From positions 18,197-82,196 of the IMG/VR virus record IMGVR_UViG_3300033073_001109: 64,000 nucleotides of DNA, one strand, 5' to 3'. A program made the position numbers and the translations under genes. Source of the DNA: a virus. Taxonomy: Duplodnaviria > Caudoviricetes. Below, in pieces: positions 19,117 through 28,517 of this stretch (within the stretch, counting starts at the first letter, position 1; the number at the start of each line of letters is the position of its first letter). The notes beneath the pieces are model-generated. The model had not been told where the DNA came from. It saw only the letters and a program-made list of their open reading frames with translations, and made no database searches.

Positions 19117-19196
19117 CATTTGTTGTCACAGGCAACTTAGATCTAAATTTTTAGATAGGCAACACAACATAGGCAACTTTATAAGGAGAAAATACT

Positions 19197-20207
19197 ATGG
19201 CATCTTTAGCAGAAATTCGAGCACGACTACAGGCAGCAGAGAACAAACAAGGCGGAAACTCTACAGGCGGTGATCGATCAATCTATCCGCACTGGAACAT
19301 GGAAGAAGGTCAATCCTGCACAATCCGTTTTCTTCCAGACGGCAACTCCAAAAACACATTTTTCTGGCAAGAACGAGCAATGATTCGTTTGCCTTTCGCT
19401 GGTATCAAAGGCGAAATGGAATCCAAACAAGTTATGGTTCAGGTTCCTTGTGTGGAAATGTGGGGTGAGGCTTGCCCGATCTTGGCAGAAGTACGCACTT
19501 GGTTCAAAGACAAGAGCCTTGAAGAAATGGGTCGTAAGTACTGGAAAAAGCGCAGTTACATCATGCAAGGTTTTGTTCGTGAAAACCCTATTTCAGACGA
19601 CACTACACCCGAGAATCCAATCCGTAAATTTATCATTGGCCCTCAGTTGTTCGCAACTATCAAGGCAGTGTTGATGGATCCCGAAACAGAAGAACTGCCA
19701 ACCGACTATCTGCGTGGCTTAGACTTCCGTATTACCAAGACCTCCAAAGGCGGTTACGCTGATTATTCCACTTCTAAGTGGGCTCGCAAAGAGTCAGCAC
19801 TCACAGAAGCCGAACAAGCCGCTGTGGAAGCACACAGTCTGTTTGACTTGAGCAGTTTCTTACCCAAGAAGCCTGGCGAAGTCGAACTCAAAGTGATCAA
19901 AGAGATGTTTGAAGCATCAGTTGATGGTCAACCGTATGACACAGAGCGTTGGGGTCAGTACTTCCGTCCAGCCGGTGTTCAAGCACCCGGCGGTAGCAAC
20001 ACCGCTGATCAAACAGATGAGGACGCACCTCGCACAGCAGCCAAGCCTGCCCCAGTTGTGAGCAAGCCTGCTGTTCAGGACGAAGATCCACCTTTTGACA
20101 CTGACGATGCACCTGTGGCAAGTGCTCCTGTGCAAGCGGCCAAACCTGGCGGCCAAAATGCACAAGACATTCTTGCAATGATTCGTGCAAGACAAAACAA
20201 GCAGTAA
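19197..20207 (+). CDS. gp32: Single-stranded DNA-binding protein (gp32-like)
   Basis: MASLAEIRARL, IRFLPD, CPIL, YWKKRSY, GLDFRITK, YADYSTSKW; acidic Pro-rich tail; AAGGAG RBS. Confidence 0.88.
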   Translation: MASLAEIRARLQAAENKQGGNSTGGDRSIYPHWNMEEGQSCTIRFLPDGNSKNTFFWQERAMIRLPFAGIKGEMESKQVMVQVPCVEMWGEACPILAEVRTWFKDKSLEEMGRKYWKKRSYIMQGFVRENPISDDTTPENPIRKFIIGPQLFATIKAVLMDPETEELPTDYLRGLDFRITKTSKGGYADYSTSKWARKESALTEAEQAAVEAHSLFDLSSFLPKKPGEVELKVIKEMFEASVDGQPYDTERWGQYFRPAGVQAPGGSNTADQTDEDAPRTAAKPAPVVSKPAVQDEDPPFDTDDAPVASAPVQAAKPGGQNAQDILAMIRARQNKQ

Positions 20208-20211
20208 TGAT

Positions 20212-20233
20212 ATCAAGGCCTTTGGGCCTTGAT
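20212..20233 (+). terminator. Hairpin after ssb
   Basis: ATCAAGGCC-tttg-GGCCTTGAT perfect 9-bp stem; weak U-tract. Confidence 0.6.
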
Positions 20234-20238
20234 CCTGT

Positions 20239-21006
20239 ATGTCAAAGTTAAGTTGGACTCAATCTGGAGATTTTATAGATCTTGCAGTAATCAACTGCGA
20301 GGTCTATGAATATTTTGTATCTAATCTCAATTTGCATAACATAAATCAATATGCAACAGTTGATTTTGGATTTGCTTCTATGCGAGATGAACTGTTAGAA
20401 AAGTTCAGTGTGTTTCGCAATTTTGTAAAAACAAAATTGAGATCGGACATATTTGACTTTGACATAGATCCTAGCAATCAAGAACACTTAAACAAGTTGC
20501 ATAGAGCATGGGTAAAAATTCATCAGCAATATCCAAACATAGGCAATGTATTTGATCGATCTCTAGTTAATCGAATTAACATGTTAATTCATTACATTGA
20601 AGATTTGTCGCAAGATTTTGTGGTTGAAACTATTAATCCAGAACGCTGTTTTAAAAATATTTTTGGTACAAAAATACTCAATCACGGTGTCTGGAACGTA
20701 TCCATTCCCTATCTAAATTTAGGAAGAAGCTCGTATCGAAAATGGGTCAATGGTGACTGTGTCAATGACTCAGATACCAATAACTTTGATGACTTGTATA
20801 CACGATTGCAAATCAAGACGGTGCCTAGTGAGCAATACTCTTTGCCACCTCAGTTTAAGTCTTGGTGTCAGCAGTACGGATTAGAGTGTGTTGGCGATAG
20901 TTTACCACTAGCAAATTTTGACAACCTAGAACAAAACATGCTAAAATACAGACAACTTATATTGACAAATTCGTTGATAGAAAATAATTTTATAATTTTG
21001 GAGTGA
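20239..21006 (+). CDS. AT-rich hypothetical protein, paralogue of 34708-35571
   Basis: LNKLH, RINMLIHYIE and YLNLGR align with LNYLH, ELNLAVHRCE and YCEIGK of the other copy. Confidence 0.7.
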   Translation: MSKLSWTQSGDFIDLAVINCEVYEYFVSNLNLHNINQYATVDFGFASMRDELLEKFSVFRNFVKTKLRSDIFDFDIDPSNQEHLNKLHRAWVKIHQQYPNIGNVFDRSLVNRINMLIHYIEDLSQDFVVETINPERCFKNIFGTKILNHGVWNVSIPYLNLGRSSYRKWVNGDCVNDSDTNNFDDLYTRLQIKTVPSEQYSLPPQFKSWCQQYGLECVGDSLPLANFDNLEQNMLKYRQLILTNSLIENNFIILE

Positions 21007-21008
21007 TC

Positions 21009-22064
21009 ATGGCAAAACCATTTGACGTAAGCAAGTTCCGCAAGGAAATCACTAAGAGCATTGATGGTCTTAGTATTGGATTCAACGATCCCACAGACTG
21101 GATCAGCACAGGTAATTACGCCTTGAACTATCTTATCTCAGGAGATTTCAATCGCGGTATTCCGCTTGGTAAAGTCACGGTGTTTGCTGGTGAATCAGGT
21201 GCTGGCAAGAGTTATATTTGCTCCGGCAATATCATTAAGAACGCACAAGAGCAAGGTATCTTTGTTGTGTTGATTGATTCAGAAAACGCTCTTGATGAAG
21301 ATTGGCTCAAAGCACTGGGAGTTGACACCAACGAATCCAAACTGTTGAAGTTGAGCATGGCCATGATTGATGATGTGGCCAAAACTATCTCTACATTCAT
21401 GAGTGATTACAAGGCTTTGCCTGATGGTGAGCGCCCCAAGGTGTTGTTTGTGATTGACTCCTTGGGCATGTTGCTGACTCCCACTGACATCAACCAGTTT
21501 GATTCGGGCGACTTGAAGGGTGACCTAGGCCGTAAGCCCAAGGCACTCACAGCATTGGTGCGTAACTGTGTGAACATGTTTGGTAGTTACAATGTGGGCT
21601 TGGTTTGTACCAACCACACATACGCAAGTCAAGACATGTTCGACCCCGACGATAAGATCTCTGGAGGTCAAGGTTTCATCTATGCTTCGTCGATTGTGGT
21701 TGCTATGAAGAAACTCAAGCTCAAAGAAGATGAGGACGGTAACAAAGTCACAGACGTCATGGGTATTCGTAGTGCCTGCAAAGTTATGAAAACTCGCTAT
21801 GCCAAACCCTTTGAAGGTGTACAGGTCAAGATTCCTTATGAAACAGGCATGAATCCTTATTCAGGTCTTGTGGACTTGGCTGAAAAGAAAGGCTTCTTGA
21901 AGAAAGACGGCAATCGTCTTGCATACACTACCTTGGACGGTGAGATACTCAAACACTTCCGCAAGGCTTGGGAATCAAACGAAGATGGCGTGTTAGATAT
22001 TGTTATGGCAGAATTTGGAAAACGCAAGGAAGAGGTAAGTACGGTTGAGGAGGAAACTGAATGA
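21009..22064 (+). CDS. uvsX: UvsX/RecA recombinase
   Basis: WISTG, Walker A GESGAGKS, IDSE, VIDSLG, NHTY, SGG, KTRY. Confidence 0.93.
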   Translation: MAKPFDVSKFRKEITKSIDGLSIGFNDPTDWISTGNYALNYLISGDFNRGIPLGKVTVFAGESGAGKSYICSGNIIKNAQEQGIFVVLIDSENALDEDWLKALGVDTNESKLLKLSMAMIDDVAKTISTFMSDYKALPDGERPKVLFVIDSLGMLLTPTDINQFDSGDLKGDLGRKPKALTALVRNCVNMFGSYNVGLVCTNHTYASQDMFDPDDKISGGQGFIYASSIVVAMKKLKLKEDEDGNKVTDVMGIRSACKVMKTRYAKPFEGVQVKIPYETGMNPYSGLVDLAEKKGFLKKDGNRLAYTTLDGEILKHFRKAWESNEDGVLDIVMAEFGKRKEEVSTVEEETE

Positions 22065-22318
22065 GCGAGTATATCGTAGCAGAACTTTGGGGCGAACTCA
22101 AACGCTATGTAAACACAGTTGATCGCGCAGAAGCCGCAGAAACTGTAGTACAAATTTTGATGGATAATGATTCAGATGTTGAAGACATTCGTGACGCCTT
22201 TAAAGGCGACTCAGACATCAAACGTGCGCTAACTTCGTATCTTGACAACGACAACGATTATTCCGAAGAAGAGGAAGAAGAGGAAGAAGAGTACGAAGAC
22301 GATGACTGGGAAAACTAA
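22061..22318 (+). CDS. Small acidic hypothetical protein
   Basis: GGAG RBS, ATGA overlap, poly-Glu tail. Confidence 0.75.
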   Translation: MSEYIVAELWGELKRYVNTVDRAEAAETVVQILMDNDSDVEDIRDAFKGDSDIKRALTSYLDNDNDYSEEEEEEEEEYEDDDWEN

Positions 22319-23549
22319 AACCTTTCCGATAGAGAATTCATCAGCATGTGTATTCAAATGGGCGTGGAATACCTTTAGGTTGTACAACGCCCAATCATCT
22401 AGTTGTCACCGAGTGACACCAGTGGTTGTACCGTTGGACAAGTTTGACAATTTTCACAATACTCCTGAGATTTTAGTTGACCGGCAAAAGATGCTGGAAG
22501 GATCGTGGCCAGGACGTGGCTGCGAATATTGTCAAAGCATAGAGTCTCAGGGAGGTACCAGCGATAGGTTATACCACAATCAAATTCCTGGACTTACGCC
22601 CATTGATTTTGATGGTATAAAACCAGTTACTCCCCGAATCAGTGAAATCTATCTGCACAATACTTGCGATCTTGCCTGTGTATATTGCTTACCAATATTC
22701 AGTGAGAAGATCAATCAGGAAATAAAAAAGTTTGGCCCTTACCCAGTTGGTATTGCCGCGGTCCAAGAACACTCACAGCGAGAACAGTATTTCGACGCCT
22801 ATGTGAACTGGTTGAAAGACAATGGGTCCAAATTGTCACGACTGAGTATACTAGGTGGCGAGCCTTTGTTACAAAAGGAGTTTTGGACCTTGTTGGATTT
22901 GTTACCTGAAATTGCTAACAAAGATTTAGAACTAGCAATTAATACCAATCTAAATTGCAATTCTGCTATCATGGACAGATTCGTTGCTAAAAGTCGAGAA
23001 CTCACAGTGTCAAGATCTATCAAGCAAGTGTTTGTGTCGGCCAGTTTGGACTGTTGGGGGCCACAAGCAGAGTTTGTTCGATATGGGTTAAATCTCGGCA
23101 CCTGGCAGAAAAATTTTGAGCGTTTGGTAGAAAACCGCTGGATAGCAACGTCGGTGCATCAGGTGTTAACAGCATTGACTATAAAAACCTCACTGGAGCT
23201 ACAAAATAAAATTGCAGAATACAAAAAGTTCAATCCTAAGATATTGCAAGAATATTATTTTGTTGACAGTGGTTATGAAAAAGTATACCATCCAGAAATA
23301 TTTGGCAATGAGTTTTTCCATGACAAATTGCATGAATTACTGCGTCTGTTTCCAGTTACAACAGAGTGGGACCATGAATCTCGAAAACGGCTCGAAGGTA
23401 TTGTGAATTTCATAGATCAGTCCAGCGCAGATCTTCCGAGGCTACAGATGTTGAAACAGACTTTAGACACAATAGATCATAGAAGAAACACTGATTGGAA
23501 AAAGTTGTGGCCAGAGATCAATGACTATTTTGTTGAAAACAAGGTTTAA
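22302..23549 (+). CDS. Radical SAM protein (second copy)
   Basis: CDLACVYC; LGGEP; N-terminal CVFKW...SCH...CEYC; start set at ATG 22302. Confidence 0.85.
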   Translation: MTGKTKTFPIENSSACVFKWAWNTFRLYNAQSSSCHRVTPVVVPLDKFDNFHNTPEILVDRQKMLEGSWPGRGCEYCQSIESQGGTSDRLYHNQIPGLTPIDFDGIKPVTPRISEIYLHNTCDLACVYCLPIFSEKINQEIKKFGPYPVGIAAVQEHSQREQYFDAYVNWLKDNGSKLSRLSILGGEPLLQKEFWTLLDLLPEIANKDLELAINTNLNCNSAIMDRFVAKSRELTVSRSIKQVFVSASLDCWGPQAEFVRYGLNLGTWQKNFERLVENRWIATSVHQVLTALTIKTSLELQNKIAEYKKFNPKILQEYYFVDSGYEKVYHPEIFGNEFFHDKLHELLRLFPVTTEWDHESRKRLEGIVNFIDQSSADLPRLQMLKQTLDTIDHRRNTDWKKLWPEINDYFVENKV

Positions 23550-23551
23550 TT

Positions 23552-24004
23552 ATGTGGTATAGTAAAGTTACATCAGATCTAGGAAACATACCAGACTTTA
23601 TAGCCTATTACGATCGCGAACTAGAAGAAGCCAAGAAAGAATGTAGAATTGGCGGCATAGTAGAACGTAATATCAAAGAACTACCTGGGCACACAGAGCA
23701 CAGATTCAATCAATTACAAGAGATTGAGGCGGTGCTCAATTATCTCAACATTCAACTTCGTAAGATTCGTAGGAAACATTTCCAAAAGTACCTTGAAGCC
23801 TATGCTCGTGCCTTGACCTCTAGAGACGCAGAAAAATATGTAGACGGCGAAGACGAAGTTGTGGACTTTGAAACCATAATTAACGAAGTAGCTTTTTTGC
23901 GCAATCGTTGGCTAGGCGTGATGAAAGGTTTAGAAACCAAACAGTGGCAAATGGGTCACATAGTTCGTCTAAGAACTGCTGGCATGGAAGACATCCAGGT
24001 GTAA
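23552..24004 (+). CDS. uvsY: UvsY-like recombination mediator
   Basis: Helical; KYLEAY..ALTSRDAEKYVDGE..KGLETKQWQ; near uvsX. Confidence 0.7.
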   Translation: MWYSKVTSDLGNIPDFIAYYDRELEEAKKECRIGGIVERNIKELPGHTEHRFNQLQEIEAVLNYLNIQLRKIRRKHFQKYLEAYARALTSRDAEKYVDGEDEVVDFETIINEVAFLRNRWLGVMKGLETKQWQMGHIVRLRTAGMEDIQV

Positions 24005-24012
24005 ATACCTGC

Positions 24013-24768
24013 ATGAAAATTGTAGTTGTTACTGGCGGCTTTGACCCGCTACACTCGGGACACCTAGCCTACTTCAAAGCTGCCAAAAAACTTGGCGATA
24101 GACTCATTGTAGGGCTTAACTCAGATGAATGGCTGACCCGTAAAAAAGGTCGTCCTTTTATGCCTATGAGTGAACGCTTTGCATTGGTCAGTGCCATTGG
24201 GGTAGTTGACGAAGTTGTTGTTTACAACGACGATGATGGCTCTAGCTGTGATGCCATTCGTTTGGTTAAAAAGCGACATCCTGATGCACACATAATCTTT
24301 GCCAATGGCGGAGATAGAACCAAAGACAACATTCCCGAAATGGTGTTTGACGACGTTGAGTTTGTGTTTGGTGTGGGCGGCGAAGATAAGAAAAACAGTT
24401 CAAGTTGGATTTTAGAAGATTGGAAAAAACCCAAAACTCAACGCAATTGGGGATACTATCGTGTGCTACATGAAGTTGGTGCTCGCACCAAGCTCAAAGA
24501 ACTCACAGTAAATCCCAAAACATGCTTGAGCATGCAACGCCACGATCAGCGAGCAGAATTTTGGTTTGTTGCTGAAGGCGAGGCCTCTGTTTATACCTTA
24601 GATGCCTCTAGCGATCATGATTTAGTAGGAACATACAGTCAACACGAGTACATATGGATTGATCGTAACCAATGGCACATGCTTTGTAACGAAACAAGTG
24701 AACCTCTAAAGTTAATTGAAATACAGTACGGAGATGATTGTGTAGAAGAGGACATAGAACGTCGATGA
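24013..24768 (+). CDS. Cytidylyltransferase-family (RfaE/TagD-like) domain fused to a cupin domain
   Basis: TGGFDPLHSGH (HxGH), FANGGDR, GVGGEDKKNSSS; then RNWGYY, LSMQRH..RAEFW, WHML, IEIQYG; TAAATA at 24002. Confidence 0.85.
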   Translation: MKIVVVTGGFDPLHSGHLAYFKAAKKLGDRLIVGLNSDEWLTRKKGRPFMPMSERFALVSAIGVVDEVVVYNDDDGSSCDAIRLVKKRHPDAHIIFANGGDRTKDNIPEMVFDDVEFVFGVGGEDKKNSSSWILEDWKKPKTQRNWGYYRVLHEVGARTKLKELTVNPKTCLSMQRHDQRAEFWFVAEGEASVYTLDASSDHDLVGTYSQHEYIWIDRNQWHMLCNETSEPLKLIEIQYGDDCVEEDIERR

Positions 24769-25445
24769 AGCCTATTCCTATTTTTATTGGCTATGACCCT
24801 AGAGAAGCAGTGGCTTATCATACCTGCGTAAATTCTATAATCAGACATGCATCAAAGCCTGTTGCTTGTATTCCGCTGGCCCTGAATTTGTTTGAAGACT
24901 ACAAAGAAACACACACTGATGGTTCAAACCAGTTTATCTACAGTCGTTTCCTTGTGCCTCATCTAATGAATTACGCCGGTTGGGCTATATTTATCGACGG
25001 TGACATGATTTTGAGATCAGACATTGTGGAACTATGGGAACTTGCTGAGTCAGACAAAGATGTCATGGTTGTCAAGCACGACTATCAAACTCGCATGACA
25101 GAAAAGTATCTTGGAGCCCGAAATGAAAATTACCCCAGAAAAAATTGGTCTAGTGTTATTCTATGGAATTGCAGCAGTTATCCTAATCGCAAACTTACTC
25201 CTGATTTTGTTCAACGATCAACCGGTGCCGAATTACATCGTTTTACCTGGCTAGAAGATCGACGCATAGGAGAACTACCACCGGAGTGGAATTGGTTACC
25301 TGATGAGTTTGGTGCCAATGCTGACGCTAAGTTACTGCATTACACTTTAGGAACTCCGTGTTTTCATGAGTTTGCCACTACACCGCAAGGCGAAGAATGG
25401 CATAGAGAACACATGTTAACTGATTACTGTCAACAACGAGTATGA
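24765..25445 (+). CDS. GT-A glycosyltransferase (GT8-like)
   Basis: IFIGYDPRE, SRFLVP, FIDGDM, YPRKNWSS, WNWL, LHYTLGTP. Confidence 0.8.
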   Translation: MKPIPIFIGYDPREAVAYHTCVNSIIRHASKPVACIPLALNLFEDYKETHTDGSNQFIYSRFLVPHLMNYAGWAIFIDGDMILRSDIVELWELAESDKDVMVVKHDYQTRMTEKYLGARNENYPRKNWSSVILWNCSSYPNRKLTPDFVQRSTGAELHRFTWLEDRRIGELPPEWNWLPDEFGANADAKLLHYTLGTPCFHEFATTPQGEEWHREHMLTDYCQQRV

Positions 25446-26410
25446 TGGAAGAAGATCTAGCACCACTGATCAAGCACGAGCTTGACATGGTACCTCCTGA
25501 GATATCCAAACTGTTTCGAGACATATTAAAATATAGAGTGGATCCCGGTGGCGATTATTATCAAATTACTCGAGAACACTTAGAACAGGCCATTGATAAT
25601 CTATATCAACCCAACGTTTATGCAGTTGATGTAGAGCCTGGTGAATTTAGACACAAAGACAAAGGACACATGTACGATCCTATATTACAAAGTTTTGTTC
25701 AAGGAGCCGGCGGCTGCATCACATCTTGGAACAAGGTAGAACAATCAATGATCCCAGTGGTTCTGAGAGGCATTACTAAACGCAAAGAAATGGCAGCATG
25801 TCGAGCTGTTGGTAGAGATTTTTATTACATTGACACAGGCTATTTTGGCAATGGCAAGAAGAAGACATATCATCGCATTACCAAAAATGACGTACAATGG
25901 TTTGGTGCTATCATTGATAGACCTAGAGATCGTCTTGAAAAAACAGGAGTACAAATTCGCAAATGTCGTGCCGATGGTAGTAAAATTTTGTTGGCCCCGC
26001 CTAGTCAAAAACTTTTAAATTTATACAATATCAATTTGGAAACCTGGTTAGAGAATGTAAAAAAAGAATTGTCTCAATACACTGATAGAGAAATTGTAGT
26101 AAGACTCAAACAAGGAAGAGCAGTACGACAATCCACAGATACCATGGAAATGGCTCTAGCCGACAATGTATATTGTTTGGTGACGTTTTCTAGCATTGCT
26201 GCTACAGAAGCATTGTTGTTCGGCAAACCAGCAATCACTCTTGGTCCAAATGCCGCGGCACCTCTTTGTAGTCAACATCTAAACCAAATCGAAAATCTTC
26301 GAATACCTACTCTAGACGAAATAGATGCCTGGGCTAGAAACCTTGCATATTGCCAGTTCACAGAACCTGAAATGCGCGACGGAACCGCCTGGCGGATATT
26401 AAATGCTTGA
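25442..26410 (+). CDS. Capsule-synthesis-like (KpsC/KpsS-type) glycosyltransferase, paralogue 1
   Basis: YIDTGYF, IVVRLK, VTFSSIAATEALLFGKP, LAYCQF. Confidence 0.6.
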   Translation: MMEEDLAPLIKHELDMVPPEISKLFRDILKYRVDPGGDYYQITREHLEQAIDNLYQPNVYAVDVEPGEFRHKDKGHMYDPILQSFVQGAGGCITSWNKVEQSMIPVVLRGITKRKEMAACRAVGRDFYYIDTGYFGNGKKKTYHRITKNDVQWFGAIIDRPRDRLEKTGVQIRKCRADGSKILLAPPSQKLLNLYNINLETWLENVKKELSQYTDREIVVRLKQGRAVRQSTDTMEMALADNVYCLVTFSSIAATEALLFGKPAITLGPNAAAPLCSQHLNQIENLRIPTLDEIDAWARNLAYCQFTEPEMRDGTAWRILNA

Positions 26411-27326
26411 TTGTGTAGTCTATATTAGCTCTGTGGCTAATCCACACAAGCATCCAAGAAAGGTTGCCTGTTTGGAAAGTTTTGCTAGAGGTGTAAGCAA
26501 GCTAGGACACACAGTAAAGATAGAAACCAATTATCGTTATACTCCTAGCCGAGTTGCAGTTATCTTGGGCTGGATTTCCAACGGCGGTGGCGGCAAAAAC
26601 ATAGAACTCAGACGACAGATTATTTCAGAACAAGCACGTTATAAAAAACATACTATGTGTGTGGATGCCAGTTGCTGGAAGTATATAGATACAAACAGTT
26701 TATATCTTCGCTACAGCATTGGTGGACCGTTTTACGATCGAGCACAGTATGCTAATGCCAACAGCACAAACGCCAAGTGGAATGAAATTAGCCAACAGTT
26801 AGGTGTTAGACTACAAGAACCACAATCCAATGTCAATGGTCATATACTTGTGTGTATGCAACGTGACGGCGGATTTGCAATGAAAAATCTGAATCCCCTG
26901 GCCTGGACACAGGCTAAGATACAAGAAATACGTAGGTATACTAATCGACCAATTAAAGTAAGGCCTCACCCTGGCGCATATAATATGAAGGATTTTGATC
27001 CATTGAGATCCCAATGGGGCAAACAACATGTTGAAGTTCTGCACCCTGAAGAGTCTAGACTCTTTGACAACCTACAAGGGGCTCACAGCGCAGTATTTTT
27101 TAATTCAAGTGCAAGTGTGGCAGCAGTTTGTGAAGGAATACCAATATTTGTGGATGACCGTAGTTGTGTGAGTTTTGATGTAGCAAATACTGATGTCGCC
27201 AACATTGAATCTCCGGCAAAATTCAACAGGGATCAATGGCTTTGGAATTTAGCTGCCGCACACTGGAGTGACGCTGAAGGAGCCAAAGGTCGCATTTGGC
27301 AAAAGTTTACTCCTTTTATTTTTTAA
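26403..27326 (+). CDS. Capsule-synthesis-like glycosyltransferase, paralogue 2
   Basis: IKVRPHP, FNSSASVAAVCEGIP, LAAAHW. Confidence 0.6.
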   Translation: MLDCVVYISSVANPHKHPRKVACLESFARGVSKLGHTVKIETNYRYTPSRVAVILGWISNGGGGKNIELRRQIISEQARYKKHTMCVDASCWKYIDTNSLYLRYSIGGPFYDRAQYANANSTNAKWNEISQQLGVRLQEPQSNVNGHILVCMQRDGGFAMKNLNPLAWTQAKIQEIRRYTNRPIKVRPHPGAYNMKDFDPLRSQWGKQHVEVLHPEESRLFDNLQGAHSAVFFNSSASVAAVCEGIPIFVDDRSCVSFDVANTDVANIESPAKFNRDQWLWNLAAAHWSDAEGAKGRIWQKFTPFIF

Positions 27327-27891
27327 CCACAATCAAATCATAGTTGTGGCCTTTGACCCAGTGCCACTTGTTAGTTTTGTCAAACACACTGATTTCCTCC
27401 CATACTATGGTTACGTCCATACAACTGAGTATTTTTTCTCTCCACCATGCTGGTGGCTTCACAATCAAGTGAGCATTGCGACCGTCTGGTAGATTCTTTT
27501 TTGCAGGATAACAAGCAATTCTAAAACACCCACAACGTACCATCAAGTTGCTGATTGTTTTCAGTGTTTGATCAAGATGTGCAGGTTCAATGTGTTCTAT
27601 TGCATCTGTACTAACAACAACATCTACAGGATTGCTAGGCAAAGTCTGAAACTCAACATTGCCGGGATCATATCCTGCAACAGAGATTTCGGGATGCAGT
27701 TTAGAAATTGTAGCAATTAAACCTCCCTTGCCGCAACCAAAATCTAACAATGTGCTGGGCTTGTATTCAGCAATAAATTTTTCTACAATCTTGTATGCTT
27801 TGGCACCGTGGTTGAATTTTTTGTCAGAACTGTGCAGTTGTTCTAACTGAGCTTGGTATGCTTTGTCGATCAGTGCCATCCCATGATCCAA
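27316..27891 (-). CDS. Class I SAM-dependent methyltransferase
   Basis: LLDFGCGKG, GYDP, STDAIEHI, AHLIV. Confidence 0.85.
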   Translation of the reverse strand: MDHGMALIDKAYQAQLEQLHSSDKKFNHGAKAYKIVEKFIAEYKPSTLLDFGCGKGGLIATISKLHPEISVAGYDPGNVEFQTLPSNPVDVVVSTDAIEHIEPAHLDQTLKTISNLMVRCGCFRIACYPAKKNLPDGRNAHLIVKPPAWWREKILSCMDVTIVWEEISVFDKTNKWHWVKGHNYDLIVVKK

Positions 27892-28517
27892 TCATCTTTT
27901 ACTTGATCTAGTTTACTCATGCCCCAATCTTCTAACAGTCCTATTGCGGCAAATTGTCCATAATCTTTGCTATACATGTCGTGTGGTTTTTGCTCAATAA
28001 CCACTATAGGTCGACAACGTCTTATTGTCTGTTCTGCACCTTGTAACACTCGATATTCATATCCTTCACAATCAATTTTTATGTAATCAACGTTGTTAAG
28101 ATTTAAACTATCAAGTCGACGAATTTCTGTATTACCTTGTTTGCTAGTAGGATCCACGTGAGTATGACCAGTGTTGCCTTCAGTAATAATCATGTTCACT
28201 GTGCCTTCTTGGTCGCCTAGGGCAATACTGTGGACCTCAAGATTTTTTGCAAATACATTTCGAGCCAAGCATTCTCTAAACATAGCCACTGGTTCAAAAG
28301 CATGTACTGTAATAAAGTGTTTAACAAGATCACGACTCCACAACCCAACGTTGGCGCCAATATCGAGTGCCACTCGTTTTTGTTTAACGTGTGCCAAGCT
28401 ACGATTTCTAACTTGCCACTGATACGCAGCCGGGCCGTTTTTAGCAATGCTTTTGTCAAGCATTTTAGGAAAGTGTGATTCCATGTCAGGAAACCACCAA
28501 CCAAGATGATTATACAT
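27870..28517 (-). CDS. FkbM-family methyltransferase
   Basis: ALDIGANVG, AFEP, IALG, YIKIDCEGYE, PIVVIE. Confidence 0.9.
   Translation of the reverse strand: MYNHLGWWFPDMESHFPKMLDKSIAKNGPAAYQWQVRNRSLAHVKQKRVALDIGANVGLWSRDLVKHFITVHAFEPVAMFRECLARNVFAKNLEVHSIALGDQEGTVNMIITEGNTGHTHVDPTSKQGNTEIRRLDSLNLNNVDYIKIDCEGYEYRVLQGAEQTIRRCRPIVVIEQKPHDMYSKDYGQFAAIGLLEDWGMSKLDQVKDDWIMGWH

Noticed and set aside
22261-22300. GAA/GAG purine run as a regulatory repeat
   Set aside because: Fully explained by the poly-Glu tail of 22061-22318; the 22242 start of the next ORF is an artefact of it
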